Origin: a virus
Length of the DNA: 64,000 nucleotides
Direction: 5' to 3' (one strand)
Virus record (IMG/VR): IMGVR_UViG_3300031992_000005
Coordinates: 160,001-224,000 of that record
Shown here: positions 9,245 to 18,532 of the stretch, piece after piece
Layout: every line of letters begins with the position of its first letter
How positions within the stretch are numbered: position 1 is the first letter of the stretch
Made by a program: the position numbers and the translations under genes
The notes under the pieces: model-generated
The model's input: the letters and a program-made list of their open reading frames with translations, nothing else
Database searches by the model: none
What the model was told of the DNA's origin: nothing

Positions 9245-9958
9245 AGTGTACTAATTGGTACGTAATTTTGAGAATTGCTGAAACCTGAATAAATCCGGGA
9301 ACCAGCAGCTAGTTTTGGGTTTCTACAAAATAATGCCTATGATAGAAGAAGAAAAGCCCTGGTCTAGGAGTGAACATATGAAATACCTACACAGTCAAGG
9401 AAGATATCTTGGCACAAGTAAGATAGGTCAATGGAATTCTAGTCCAGAGAAACATCTTAGGATGATATCAATTCGTGAAAAGAATCTCTTAGATAAATCG
9501 TCTCATGGTTATGGGTCGGAATATCATATGAGGTTAGCAAATAGAACCCTATTACATAATAAATTTCAAGGAGAGGAAGGTTTTCTTTATTTCTTAGATT
9601 TTCCCGCTAGTGTTAAAGTGGGATTTTCAAAAGATTGGGAAAGAAGGATTAACCAACAATTGCCAAAGCAGATATTAGGTGGGAAAGTTATAGCGATTAT
9701 ATCAGGTCCCACTAATGACCTGGCTGATCTGGAATTTGATACTTTTGTCAAGTTCCAGAAATATACTAAATTAGATTCCACCGGAACTAGGTATACTGAA
9801 TTCTTGGAGAAAAGAAAAAAATCAGAAATCTATAAGTTCTTGAAAGAGTCTGTTAAAAATAATAAGAACCTTAAATTTGAAATTCAAAACTAGTTCAACG
9901 ACTATGTGCAAAAGAAAAAGATATAGTCTGTCCTAGGTCGAAAGACTTAGGGGTAACG
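9245..9958 (+). mobile_element. group I intron with endonuclease-like ORF (beta-prime intron 1)
   Basis: P1 is GUGCU/GGUAC with U.G at 9244. It has aagatatagtctgtcc, P9 cctaggtc-gaaa-gacttagg and terminal G at 9958. Confidence 0.7.
9315..9893 (+). CDS. intron-encoded protein, T5orf172/GIY-YIG-superfamily-like putative homing endonuclease
   Basis: GFLYFLDF...VKVGFSKDWERRI ... YTEFL resembles the T5orf172 pattern (GxVYIL...KIGxT...R...EWF). It lies inside the intron. Confidence 0.5.
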   Translation: MGFYKIMPMIEEEKPWSRSEHMKYLHSQGRYLGTSKIGQWNSSPEKHLRMISIREKNLLDKSSHGYGSEYHMRLANRTLLHNKFQGEEGFLYFLDFPASVKVGFSKDWERRINQQLPKQILGGKVIAIISGPTNDLADLEFDTFVKFQKYTKLDSTGTRYTEFLEKRKKSEIYKFLKESVKNNKNLKFEIQN

Positions 9959-10978
9959 AGTAACACGACAGCCAGTACTTCATGAATATAATATTTACTG
10001 TCAGAAGATTAGGATAGTTGATCAAGATGCAGTAGCTTATCCAATTGAGCTCTGTGGACCACTTAACGCTGACTTTGATGGTGATACTGTATCTATGATC
10101 CTGGTTCCTGATGAAGTAGCTGAGGATACCTATAAAAAGATGAGTCCTAGGTATAACAAGATTTATAAGAAAAATCTTGAAAATGTCTTTGTATTCAATC
10201 ATGAAACTCTTAATGGTCTAGCCAATGCTACTGAATATACTCCTGACGATCCTAATGATCTGAAGGAACCTAAGTATTATTACACTGATTATACAGAACT
10301 CCTAAAAGATGTTGAGGTTAATCATAAGATTAATTATGGTACACCTATTGTCTTTACAGGAAAAATAGGGGATGTAGATTATCAGAGTAAGATTACTACA
10401 TACGGACGTCTTAGAATATCTAAGATAATTGATGCAGACCTTGATGAGATCCGAGTAGAAGGTAAGCCTATTATGGAAAATCCGTATGAAAGACTAAACG
10501 CGAAGACAGCAGGTAAACTGATGTCTTATCTCTATGGTTTCGATAACTGGGTAGAGAAGGCAAATGAATTACAAAAATTTGCCCTAAAGGTTGTAACTAA
10601 GACAGGTGTAGTAACATTTGACTATTCAACCTTGTATGCTGATACTGATAATGAAACTTATAGAGATATTAGAAAAATTGCTGATTCGGAAGATCTTACA
10701 GATAAGCAGAAACTTACCTTAATTACAGAGAGATATGGAAAATATCTCAAAGGCCTTGAGAGAGATTTTAGTTCCGACCTGAAGAAAGAACTAGATAGAT
10801 CTGCTAGGGTAAAGTTAAATTCCATTATTGCTATTAATGCACCGTCATTGATTATCAATGGTCCGGAAGAAAAGGTAGTAGTAACTCATGGAAATCTTTT
10901 GGAAGGTTTTAGTGAAAAGGAATACTTGTATCATGCTATCGAAAATAGATCCCTCCTGACGATCAAGCAGAGTGGCGT
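9959..10978 (+). CDS. RNAP beta-prime-like subunit, exon 2 (catalytic loop)
   Basis: Reads VTRQPVLHEYNIYCQKIRIVDQDAVAYPIELCGPLNADFDGDTVSM. The absolutely conserved NADFDGD is at about 10065..10085. Confidence 0.8.
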
Positions 10979-11344
10979 CAATAGTTTTTATCGGTGCGTC
11001 ACTATAAAAACCACAACTATTGCTGGAAAATAATAAAATAAATTATAATCAGCAACTTATTATGAAAGAAAAAGTATTAAATTGGGTAGAACTACTAACT
11101 GCAGTGGCAGCTGTTATTGGTGGTATTGGAGAGATCCTCAAGCAATTTGGAATTGCCTCTGACAAAGTGAAGGAGACAATTAAAGCTAAGAGGGAAGAGG
11201 CTTTTATGAATAATAAGCCCAACGACTATTGTTGTGGCACTCAGGAAGAACAGAGTGAGAAACCTGAGTGATGGTATAGTCTATCCTGGATTGAAAGATT
11301 CAGGGCGGCGTGGGTTGAAAACTAACTCACGTCTGGCCGATTGG
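10979..11344 (+). mobile_element. group I intron (beta-prime intron 2)
   Basis: P1 is GCGU/GUGC with U.G at 10978. It has cgactat ... ggtatagtctatcc and P9 cctggatt-gaaa-gattcagg. The 3' site was chosen so that ...KQSGV|GYLTRQ is restored, so the boundary is +/-3 nt. Confidence 0.6.
11020..11271 (+). CDS. possible small intron-internal ORF (one hydrophobic segment)
   Basis: An 83-aa ORF inside the 366-nt intron, overlapping the P7 5' strand. It may be fortuitous. Confidence 0.25.
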   Translation: MLENNKINYNQQLIMKEKVLNWVELLTAVAAVIGGIGEILKQFGIASDKVKETIKAKREEAFMNNKPNDYCCGTQEEQSEKPE

Positions 11345-12545
11345 TGGTTATTTAACTAGACAGATCTCATTCTTGTTGAATAATTACACTTATAGAGAAA
11401 AGGGAGAAGATAAGGAAAATCCTGGTCTTCTTATTCCTAGATACGTGGCTACTGGTAGAACTTCTCCTACAGGAAAGGTATATCCAGCAGTTACAAAGAA
11501 AAATGAAGATGAACTAGTACCTGTTAGATCTATTGTAACTAAATGTAAAGGAAACTTATATGAAGTTACTCCAGATCTCTTGGGCAAAGCTTTCTTAAAG
11601 GCTAGTTTTCCTGATGGATCTGCAATCGGTCCTAGTGTTGGTACTAGTTTTACAGAAAGTACTACTCAAGGTATCCTTGCTCTTAAACATGGTGGTCATG
11701 AAAGAAAGCAAGCAGTTGAAGGAAACTTATATGCACCTAAAGATTGCGAGCTTATTGAAGATGGTAAGTTCTTGAAACTAAAAGTAAGAGGTAACAAAGA
11801 ATTAGTCTATCCTAAACCTAGTAATTGGGTTGGACTTGGTAAAACGGAGTTCAAGGAAGGTGAATTGGTCGGTACTGCTTACAATACTTCTTCGCCAATT
11901 ATCATGCTTAATTCTGTCTTAAAGCTTATGCAGGCTAAGGGCGGAACTGGTAGTAAATACTTTGAAAAGGATAACGTTATTATATCAGACTGTTATGCTT
12001 ATGAAGAAGGTGTAATAAACTACGTTGAGGATAAGCATGGAAGAATGAATGTAACTATTGGAAATAGATACTATGCTTATAATCCAGAGGCTATGTATTA
12101 TTATCCTTCAGGAACTACTATTAAGAAGTTTCAGAGATTTTGTTCTGGTGTAGTTAATATGAGACAGGTTTCTTCTGACTTAGGTGGTGATCTTAGCTCA
12201 ATCTTTAATATTTTCCGAAGACAATATTATACATTGGTTAAGGATGATTTTATTGAAAATGGAGTTGGACCACATGATATGCCAGAGGAAATTGTAGAGA
12301 TTGTATTTGCTGGACTTACTAATATTGTTAGAACAGATAAGGGCGATGTAACTGAAGTAGAGTTTCAGGGAACTCAGACGTCTATTACAAACAATAAGAG
12401 TAAATCATTCTTTACTGCTCTGTCATTCGGTTGGTCAGAAAGTGCAGTCGATAAGGCTATTAGAGGAGAACTTAATCTTGAAAAGGATACCATGACTGAA
12501 ACAGTACTTGGTTTGTTATTAAATGATAATTTAGATAAAGTTTAG
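11345..12545 (+). CDS. RNAP beta-prime-like subunit, exon 3
   Basis: Begins (V)GYLTRQISFLL (cf. SGYLTRRLVDV) and stays open to the stop at 12545. Confidence 0.75.
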
Positions 12546-12547
12546 TA

Positions 12548-12775
12548 ATGGGATTAGTAAAATTTGAAGTAGAAATCCCAGACTTTGACAATGAATTAAC
12601 GATTTCAGTTACTTTAAAAAAGGACGGTGAAGTAGTAGAGGAAAATACTACTTCACTTCCTGATCAAAGTCAGGGGAAAAGAAAAATTGCCAGAACTAAG
12701 CCGGTTAATAATTCAGGGGGAACTGAAGCAAAACCGGCAAGAGTTGCTGGAAACTTAATGAACGAAGATTTCTAA
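12548..12775 (+). CDS. hypothetical protein (between RNAP subunit genes)
   Basis: From the ORF track. It starts 2 nt after the beta-prime stop. Confidence 0.5.
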   Translation: MGLVKFEVEIPDFDNELTISVTLKKDGEVVEENTTSLPDQSQGKRKIARTKPVNNSGGTEAKPARVAGNLMNEDF

Positions 12776-12783
12776 GAACGGCT

Positions 12784-13149
12784 ATGAATAAAAATAATGA
12801 TAGTTATTATTACAAAATAGTTTTGGCGTATGAAATACCATACAACGTCTTAGATAGTAACGATCCTGATAAGATCTTAGCTAGGGAGAATCTATATCAA
12901 GCGATAACTAAGATTATTCCCACTAGTAAGTATGATAAATTTTCAGTTAAACTTATGCTTTTTCAATTAAAGGATACGTTTAACTACGTGGTGATGTTTG
13001 ACTCTTTCTTTAGGTCTACAGAAGGTTTACCTATGAGTGAGTACACTGAGGCTAGTAAGATTAAACAGGCAGCTAAGGATGAACTAGAGAAATACTTTAA
13101 TTCACTCGACTGCGATTATAAACCACTGAATATAATTACATTATTATAA
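12784..13149 (+). CDS. hypothetical protein (between RNAP subunit genes)
   Basis: From the ORF track. Its stop overlaps the beta start (ATAATG). Confidence 0.55.
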   Translation: MNKNNDSYYYKIVLAYEIPYNVLDSNDPDKILARENLYQAITKIIPTSKYDKFSVKLMLFQLKDTFNYVVMFDSFFRSTEGLPMSEYTEASKIKQAAKDELEKYFNSLDCDYKPLNIITLL

Positions 13150-16100
13150 TGAGTAATTTTAATCAATTTTTCAAAAATCAAGGGGCAAAGACGATGGTAG
13201 AGCGTTTCTTTACCGGAATAGATGAATATACGCCAAATAAGAAACTAACAAACCTAACTTGGCATCTAGCCGAAGAAGATAAACGCCCAGCTTCATATTT
13301 CATAGAAAATGGATTAACTGCAACTCATAAGGTAATCCTGGAGTATACAATTAACTATGATGATGAAATTCGTACATCTGAGTTTGAAGTCCCTAGAGAA
13401 ATAGACGGTGTATTTATTATAGAAGGAGCTTATCGTATTGCTACTAATAACCTAGGAAAAGACTATGATTGTAGAATCAATATGTCAGGTACTGGTAGAC
13501 AATACATTAACTTTGACTATGGTAGAGAATATGACATCAAGACTGGTATTCTTAAAATAAAGAGGGTAAATCCTGACTTAGGTTTACCTGAAAAAGTAAG
13601 AGAATATAAGTTAGATGAAATAGATGAACTCAGTGGTATTGAAAAAGAAGTTCTAAAACTTTCTGAAAGACAGAGAAAGAAGTTTCAGGTAAAGCTTGAT
13701 ATTGATTATTCCCCGGATTATATTTCAAAGAAGCTTATCGAGGATTGTATTGCTTATGGCGATGATAGAATTCGAGATCTTATTATTGATAAGAAGATTG
13801 ATTCTGTTCCCGTTGGTTTTATGAAGTATATCTTCAATGGAGGTAATAATAAGAACTTCTATGGTACAAAATCCCAACTAAGAAACTATTGGAGTAAGCA
13901 AGGTAAGTTACAGGACCAGATTAATGTACTTACAAATCTTTGTGCTAGATACTGGAAAGGTAGTAGTTCAAAGAAGAAAGGAGAGGATAATGATGTTCAA
14001 GTTTCTCCTGGTGTAAATGCCATGAACCTGGAAAGTATCACGAATAAAATCTATATTCCTGAAACTGTAGCTTATAATACTACCTTTAGTGACTTGATTT
14101 GTGTTGGTGCTACACCAAATAATGGTAACATCGGTAAGCAGAATGCCTTGACTGTATCTACCCATATTACAGATGAGGATGTTCTCTTTGACTGTTATAC
14201 TACCAAGTTTCAAAAGATCACTATCCCATACTTGGATTATCTTAATCATAAGGTATGTGCTAGTGAGTACGTTGACTATGATACTAATACCGTTAAACCC
14301 GATAAGGATGGTAAGGTAGAAGTTAAGCATAGAATGCGTAGAAAGATGGTACCAGTGGAGGAAATTGAGTTAATTGACCTTCACCCAGACTATCGTTTAT
14401 CAGAAGAAGTAAGACGTATACCGTTTGTGAATTTTACTGACTCTGTTCGTATCTGTATGGGTAGTGGTATGTTAAAGCAAGCTATTCCACTTGTTAATGC
14501 AGAAAGACCTCTAGTAGATACAGGTAACTATGAAGAGCTTCATACAAACGTCTTGAATGAACGTTTTAAAGAAGAGTCTGGTGTAGTTAAGGATGTAAAT
14601 GAAGAGGGAGTATTAATAGAACTTCCTAATAAGGATGAAATTCTTATTCCAAGAAAAACTGCTATTCAGAGTATAAATGATGTTGACGTCTTTACTGAGC
14701 CTAAAGTTAAGAAAGGCCAAAAGGTAAAGAAGGGTGATGTTATTACTGGAGCAGTTGGCTTGGAAGAAGATACCTATAAAATGGGTATTAATGCTCTCGT
14801 CTTATTCCATGCAATGTTTGGTGATGTCAATGAAGATGCCTTAGTAGTTAGTGAGTCTTTCTCAAAGAAAATGCACTCTTACTCTGTTATCGACCTGATA
14901 TATGAAGTAAGAACTAATGAGGCAATCAAATGGATAGCTCCAATAGGTCAACAGGTAAAGTCTAAAGATCCCGTCATGATGACCTATAAGGCTGTTAAAC
15001 TTGACTTAGTCAATAAGGCCTTGAATGATAAATTAGGTGGTATCTTTGGAGATCAAAAACTAGATCTCTCTGAATATACTATTGAAAGTAACTTGGAAGT
15101 TCCTAATGACATTGATGAAGCTTATGTTAGTGATGTTAGAATTCAGGAAAATTTACACCCTAGAGTTCCTGGTGGTACTAAGAGACCTGACTTAACTTAT
15201 GCTCATACATCAGAGGAGACTATCAAAGATTATAATTTTGATAGAAAAATTATCTATGATAGATATCCAGAATATATTGCAGCAGATAGACTTAAGGATA
15301 TATCATTAGCAGATAAGGATTATAAGATTGTTTATGTAGTTCGTATTAGACTTATTAAGAGAACAAATCTTATGATCGGATCTAAGGTTACCAACCGTTA
15401 TGGTGGTAAGGGTGTCATTTCTAAGATCTTGCCAGATGATAAGATGCCAATCATGGTAGAATCTGCAACTGGTAATAAGAAAGTTGTGGATATTGTCATG
15501 AACCCTTATAGTACAATTAACCGAAAGATTCCTTCTGTTAATATGGAGAGTCTCTTAGGTTCAATTGCGCATAGAATTCATGACATAGTAGATGAGAGGA
15601 AAAATGATAAGAAAAAACAGGAAACTATCATGCCTCTTGTTCAGAAGTATTATCCTGGTCGATTTGATGGAATGACATTAGAGAAGTTCTTGAAGTTACA
15701 TGAAAATAGTAAACTTGAGGACGTATATTACTTCAATGTAGGTAGTTACTCTAGACTTACTCCAAAGCAGATAGATGAATGGGCAAAGGAATTAGGTGTT
15801 ACACCTCAATCAAAGATTCTCATGCCTAGTGATACTATCGCTGACCTTGATGAGCTTAAAGCGAACTTAAGTGAGGAAGAATATAATACCGCCGTTAAGA
15901 ACTTGACAGGTAGATACGTAGAAGTTGAAAAGCCACTTAGTGTTGGTTATATGACTATGGAAGAACTATATCAAATTCCAACTTATAGTGATAAGGTAAC
16001 TTCTAGTATGTTCGGTGTTGATGTTAATGAGTGGGTAGATTCTCCTATTATGGGTAGAGGTGGTTATAGAAAAACTGGTCAGATTATCGGTGAAATGGAG

Positions 16101-16310
16101 CTCATGGCATACTTGTCAAGAAATGCCAGAGATTTCATTAAGCTCTCTAGAGGAGATACCTCAAGAGAAGATAATCAGCTCTTCTTGAATAACCTCTTAG
16201 GTCTTGGTCTAACTGTTACAGACAGTAAGGGTTATAATCAGGGCGGTTCATCTCTCAAGAGTAGACTTGGTGAGATGAAGACTAAATTCAGACTAAAGAA
16301 TCAGAAATAA
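13149..16310 (+). CDS. multisubunit RNA polymerase beta-like subunit
   Basis: TNRYGGKGVISKILP (cf. SRHGNKGVISKI), VDIVMNPYSTINRKIPS (cf. LNPLGVPSRMN) and GQIIGEMELMAYLS (cf. GEMEVWALEAYG). Uninterrupted, 1053 aa. Confidence 0.85.
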   Translation: MSNFNQFFKNQGAKTMVERFFTGIDEYTPNKKLTNLTWHLAEEDKRPASYFIENGLTATHKVILEYTINYDDEIRTSEFEVPREIDGVFIIEGAYRIATNNLGKDYDCRINMSGTGRQYINFDYGREYDIKTGILKIKRVNPDLGLPEKVREYKLDEIDELSGIEKEVLKLSERQRKKFQVKLDIDYSPDYISKKLIEDCIAYGDDRIRDLIIDKKIDSVPVGFMKYIFNGGNNKNFYGTKSQLRNYWSKQGKLQDQINVLTNLCARYWKGSSSKKKGEDNDVQVSPGVNAMNLESITNKIYIPETVAYNTTFSDLICVGATPNNGNIGKQNALTVSTHITDEDVLFDCYTTKFQKITIPYLDYLNHKVCASEYVDYDTNTVKPDKDGKVEVKHRMRRKMVPVEEIELIDLHPDYRLSEEVRRIPFVNFTDSVRICMGSGMLKQAIPLVNAERPLVDTGNYEELHTNVLNERFKEESGVVKDVNEEGVLIELPNKDEILIPRKTAIQSINDVDVFTEPKVKKGQKVKKGDVITGAVGLEEDTYKMGINALVLFHAMFGDVNEDALVVSESFSKKMHSYSVIDLIYEVRTNEAIKWIAPIGQQVKSKDPVMMTYKAVKLDLVNKALNDKLGGIFGDQKLDLSEYTIESNLEVPNDIDEAYVSDVRIQENLHPRVPGGTKRPDLTYAHTSEETIKDYNFDRKIIYDRYPEYIAADRLKDISLADKDYKIVYVVRIRLIKRTNLMIGSKVTNRYGGKGVISKILPDDKMPIMVESATGNKKVVDIVMNPYSTINRKIPSVNMESLLGSIAHRIHDIVDERKNDKKKQETIMPLVQKYYPGRFDGMTLEKFLKLHENSKLEDVYYFNVGSYSRLTPKQIDEWAKELGVTPQSKILMPSDTIADLDELKANLSEEEYNTAVKNLTGRYVEVEKPLSVGYMTMEELYQIPTYSDKVTSSMFGVDVNEWVDSPIMGRGGYRKTGQIIGEMELMAYLSRNARDFIKLSRGDTSREDNQLFLNNLLGLGLTVTDSKGYNQGGSSLKSRLGEMKTKFRLKNQK

Positions 16311-16311
16311 A

Positions 16312-16974
16312 ATGGAAGATACTCAGAACATTAGTAGCAGCTGTATTATGTTAGCTGCTAATCTCAGTACTCCCGTGTCTATGAAGGCTATTTTTGATTC
16401 GGGAGATCTGAAGGATACAGGAATTGAATTTGATTCACATATAACATTACTCTATGCCAGGAAGTTTATTGATAAGAGAGAAATATTACCTCTTCTTAGA
16501 ACCTTTGATTTTGGAGATATTCCAGACTTAGGTGGAAGAAATATACAGGACTTCTTGGAATATCAGAAGAATCCACTAGACTTTTCATGTCCAGTTTATG
16601 ATATTTTTGAATTGAGTAGTTTTGAAAATGATAGTGGGTATGTTATATTGAAGTTGAAAAATAATAATCTCTGGTATGATGTATGTTCCCAGATCAATAA
16701 GGTATTTGGGAAATATTATAATGTAACCAGTGATTTTAGTACTTACACACCTCATCTAACTTTAGCAGAATTAGAGCCAGGATTAACTGAAAAATATCTT
16801 GACAATGAGACTCTAAAGTTAGTTCTAAGGGATAGTATTGTTCATTTTGAAGACTTAGTTATCTCCTATAGTAGGGAAGATTCTAAGGAGTATGATCAAT
16901 ATAATATCACAACTAATCGTGCTGTTGATAGATTCTTTAGAGAAAGGGAGCTTAGGAGCGTCGAAATTGAGTAA
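16312..16974 (+). CDS. 2H phosphoesterase superfamily protein (LigT / 2',5'-RNA ligase / cyclic phosphodiesterase-like)
   Basis: Two H-x-T-x motifs about 100 aa apart, FDSHITLLYA and YTPHLTLAEL. Confidence 0.65.
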   Translation: MEDTQNISSSCIMLAANLSTPVSMKAIFDSGDLKDTGIEFDSHITLLYARKFIDKREILPLLRTFDFGDIPDLGGRNIQDFLEYQKNPLDFSCPVYDIFELSSFENDSGYVILKLKNNNLWYDVCSQINKVFGKYYNVTSDFSTYTPHLTLAELEPGLTEKYLDNETLKLVLRDSIVHFEDLVISYSREDSKEYDQYNITTNRAVDRFFRERELRSVEIE

Positions 16975-16994
16975 AAACTCACTTCCTGAGCTGG

Positions 16995-17195
16995 GAAATC
17001 CTTATGTGTGTGGAAATAAGTCTCAGTTGAGAGGGCTTGCGGGGAAAATCAATGAATACGTGGCGCAGTATTCTCCGGTCTGTTTTATCAGGATAAAAAT
17101 TGAGAAAACCTCTCCTTAAAAAATAAAAACCTCGCCTCTTTTTTCGAGGGGTCATGCGTAATATAGGCGCTCTACAAGGTTCGAATCCTTGGTGG
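16995..17195 (+). promoter_or_regulatory. promoter-like motif plus about 190-nt structured leader ending in a tRNA T-arm/acceptor-like element
   Basis: gggaaatccttatgtgtg matches the phage promoter consensus. There is a hairpin cctcg...cgagg, and caaggTTCGAATccttg+gtggcct looks like a tRNA T-arm plus 3' acceptor strand. No complete tRNA can be drawn. Confidence 0.3.
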
Positions 17196-17205
17196 CCTCC
17201 TAATT

Positions 17206-17409
17206 ATGTTACAGAATTTTAGTTTAAACAATATTGAGTACGAACGTGCTCAGCAATTTGAAAAAGACCATAGTCACAGAGAAGAAGGTGGTGCAATCGG
17301 CGGTTACATTTCAGTTAGATTTAATATAACTAGTATTGGTACACTAAAAACCATAAAATGTAGTGTATGTGATTGTGAGATGAATATAACAGACTACGAT
17401 TCAATTTAA
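17206..17409 (+). CDS. hypothetical small protein (first ORF of methyltransferase operon)
   Basis: From the ORF track. It has a C-terminal CSVCDC and its stop is 5 nt before the MTase start. Confidence 0.45.
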   Translation: MLQNFSLNNIEYERAQQFEKDHSHREEGGAIGGYISVRFNITSIGTLKTIKCSVCDCEMNITDYDSI

Positions 17410-17414
17410 GGAAA

Positions 17415-18524
17415 ATGAGAAAGAAAAAAGAAAAAGAAAAAGTAAAAGTAGATCAGCCTGAATTGATCGAAGAGGTTGTAGAACAACAGCCTGAAGAAAA
17501 CCTGGCTAAGGAAAATTCGGCTGAAGAAAAAGTTGTAGCGGAAGTTCCTAAGAAAAAGACTTCGAGAAATTCAAATCTTCACGAAGCTAAACGTGCGAAG
17601 AATGATGAATTCTATACTCAATTAACGGATATTGAAAAGGAATTGTCACATTATAAAAAACATTTTAAAGGGAAAGTTGTTTTTTGTAACTGTAATGATG
17701 CAATTCATGGTAACTTTGCCAAATATTTTTCTTTAAGCTTTGAAGCCCTAGGATTAAAACAACTAATCTGTACTTCCTATGGAGAGAATGCTAAGGTCTT
17801 TATCTATAGTGGAGATAAGAATGGCAATAGAGTCCCAGACTTAGAAGATTGGGAAATTCAAGACTTAAAGGGTGACGGTGATTTCAGGAGTGATGAAATG
17901 ATTGAACTCCTTAAGAAGGCTGATATTGTTTGTACAAATCCACCATTTTCTTTGTTTAGGGAGTATATCGCTCAGTTAATTCAGTTTGATAAAAAATTCC
18001 TCATCATTGGTAATGGAAATGCTGTTACATACAAGGAGTTTTTCCCACTTATAAAAGAAAATAAAGTATGGCTTGGATGCACCTTATTCTGTGGAAAAAT
18101 GCCTTTTTTTAAGGTTCCAAATGACACAGATGTTTCTAAAGGCGCAAAGCATTACTATGATAAGAACGGAGAGCTTTTTAAACAAGTAAATTCTATTGCA
18201 TGGTTTACTAATCTTGACCATAACCGTCGTCATCAGCCAATAGATTTATATAAGAAATATACTCCAGAGGAATTTCCAAAGTATGACAATTATGACGCTA
18301 TCAACGTAGACAAAACTTGTGATATTCCAATAGATTATAATGGAGTTATGGGTGTGCCAATTTCATTTCTAGATAAATATTGTCCTACTCAATTTCAAAT
18401 CATAGGAATAACAGAAAATGCGAATTATCTAAGTGGTTTATATATTAAAGGCTGTGATAAATATGACAGACCTTATATTAATGGGAAAAGAATGTATAGT
18501 AGAATTTTAATTAAGAAACTATAA
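17415..18524 (+). CDS. N6-adenine DNA methyltransferase (EcoRI-methylase-like family)
   Basis: NDEFYTQ ... VFCNCND ... IVCTNPPFSLF (motif IV NPPF). The N-terminus is K/E-rich. Confidence 0.8.
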   Translation: MRKKKEKEKVKVDQPELIEEVVEQQPEENLAKENSAEEKVVAEVPKKKTSRNSNLHEAKRAKNDEFYTQLTDIEKELSHYKKHFKGKVVFCNCNDAIHGNFAKYFSLSFEALGLKQLICTSYGENAKVFIYSGDKNGNRVPDLEDWEIQDLKGDGDFRSDEMIELLKKADIVCTNPPFSLFREYIAQLIQFDKKFLIIGNGNAVTYKEFFPLIKENKVWLGCTLFCGKMPFFKVPNDTDVSKGAKHYYDKNGELFKQVNSIAWFTNLDHNRRHQPIDLYKKYTPEEFPKYDNYDAINVDKTCDIPIDYNGVMGVPISFLDKYCPTQFQIIGITENANYLSGLYIKGCDKYDRPYINGKRMYSRILIKKL

Positions 18525-18532
18525 TTTTCACA

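Noticed and set aside
9933-10202. ORF 9933..10202 (-), and the annotated start of ORF 10095 as a separate gene
   Set aside because: The + frame is open from 9959 and encodes ...LCGPLNADFDGD upstream of Met 10095. This is beta-prime exon 2, not a new gene.
13968-14330. Antisense ORFs inside long genes (13968..14330, 27951..28418, 47438..47971, 47752..47955, 48726..48920, 63135..63401, 50481..50816, 50609..50839, 5217..5417, 5453..5683, 3836..4033, 9587..9781, 10658..10858, 11390..11587)
   Set aside because: Each is fully embedded opposite a gene with clear motif support or much greater length.
16892-17195. ORF 16892..17119, and the idea that this region is a small tmRNA (T-arm-like GGTTCGAATCC, ...GCCTCC 3' end, tag-like ...GKINEYVAQ) or an intron-split tRNA
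   Set aside because: No 5' strand able to pair with the 3' acceptor-like strand could be found. The only candidate, GGGTCAT, needs three G.U pairs and leaves no room for D or anticodon arms. The tag-like frame has no stop where expected and the length is far below known tmRNAs. The ORF overlaps a promoter motif and has no start context. It is kept only as a structured leader.
17130-17195. tRNA 3'-half look-alike read as a phage attP core
   Set aside because: There is no integrase, excisionase or repressor anywhere in the window. The rest of the gene content looks strictly lytic.
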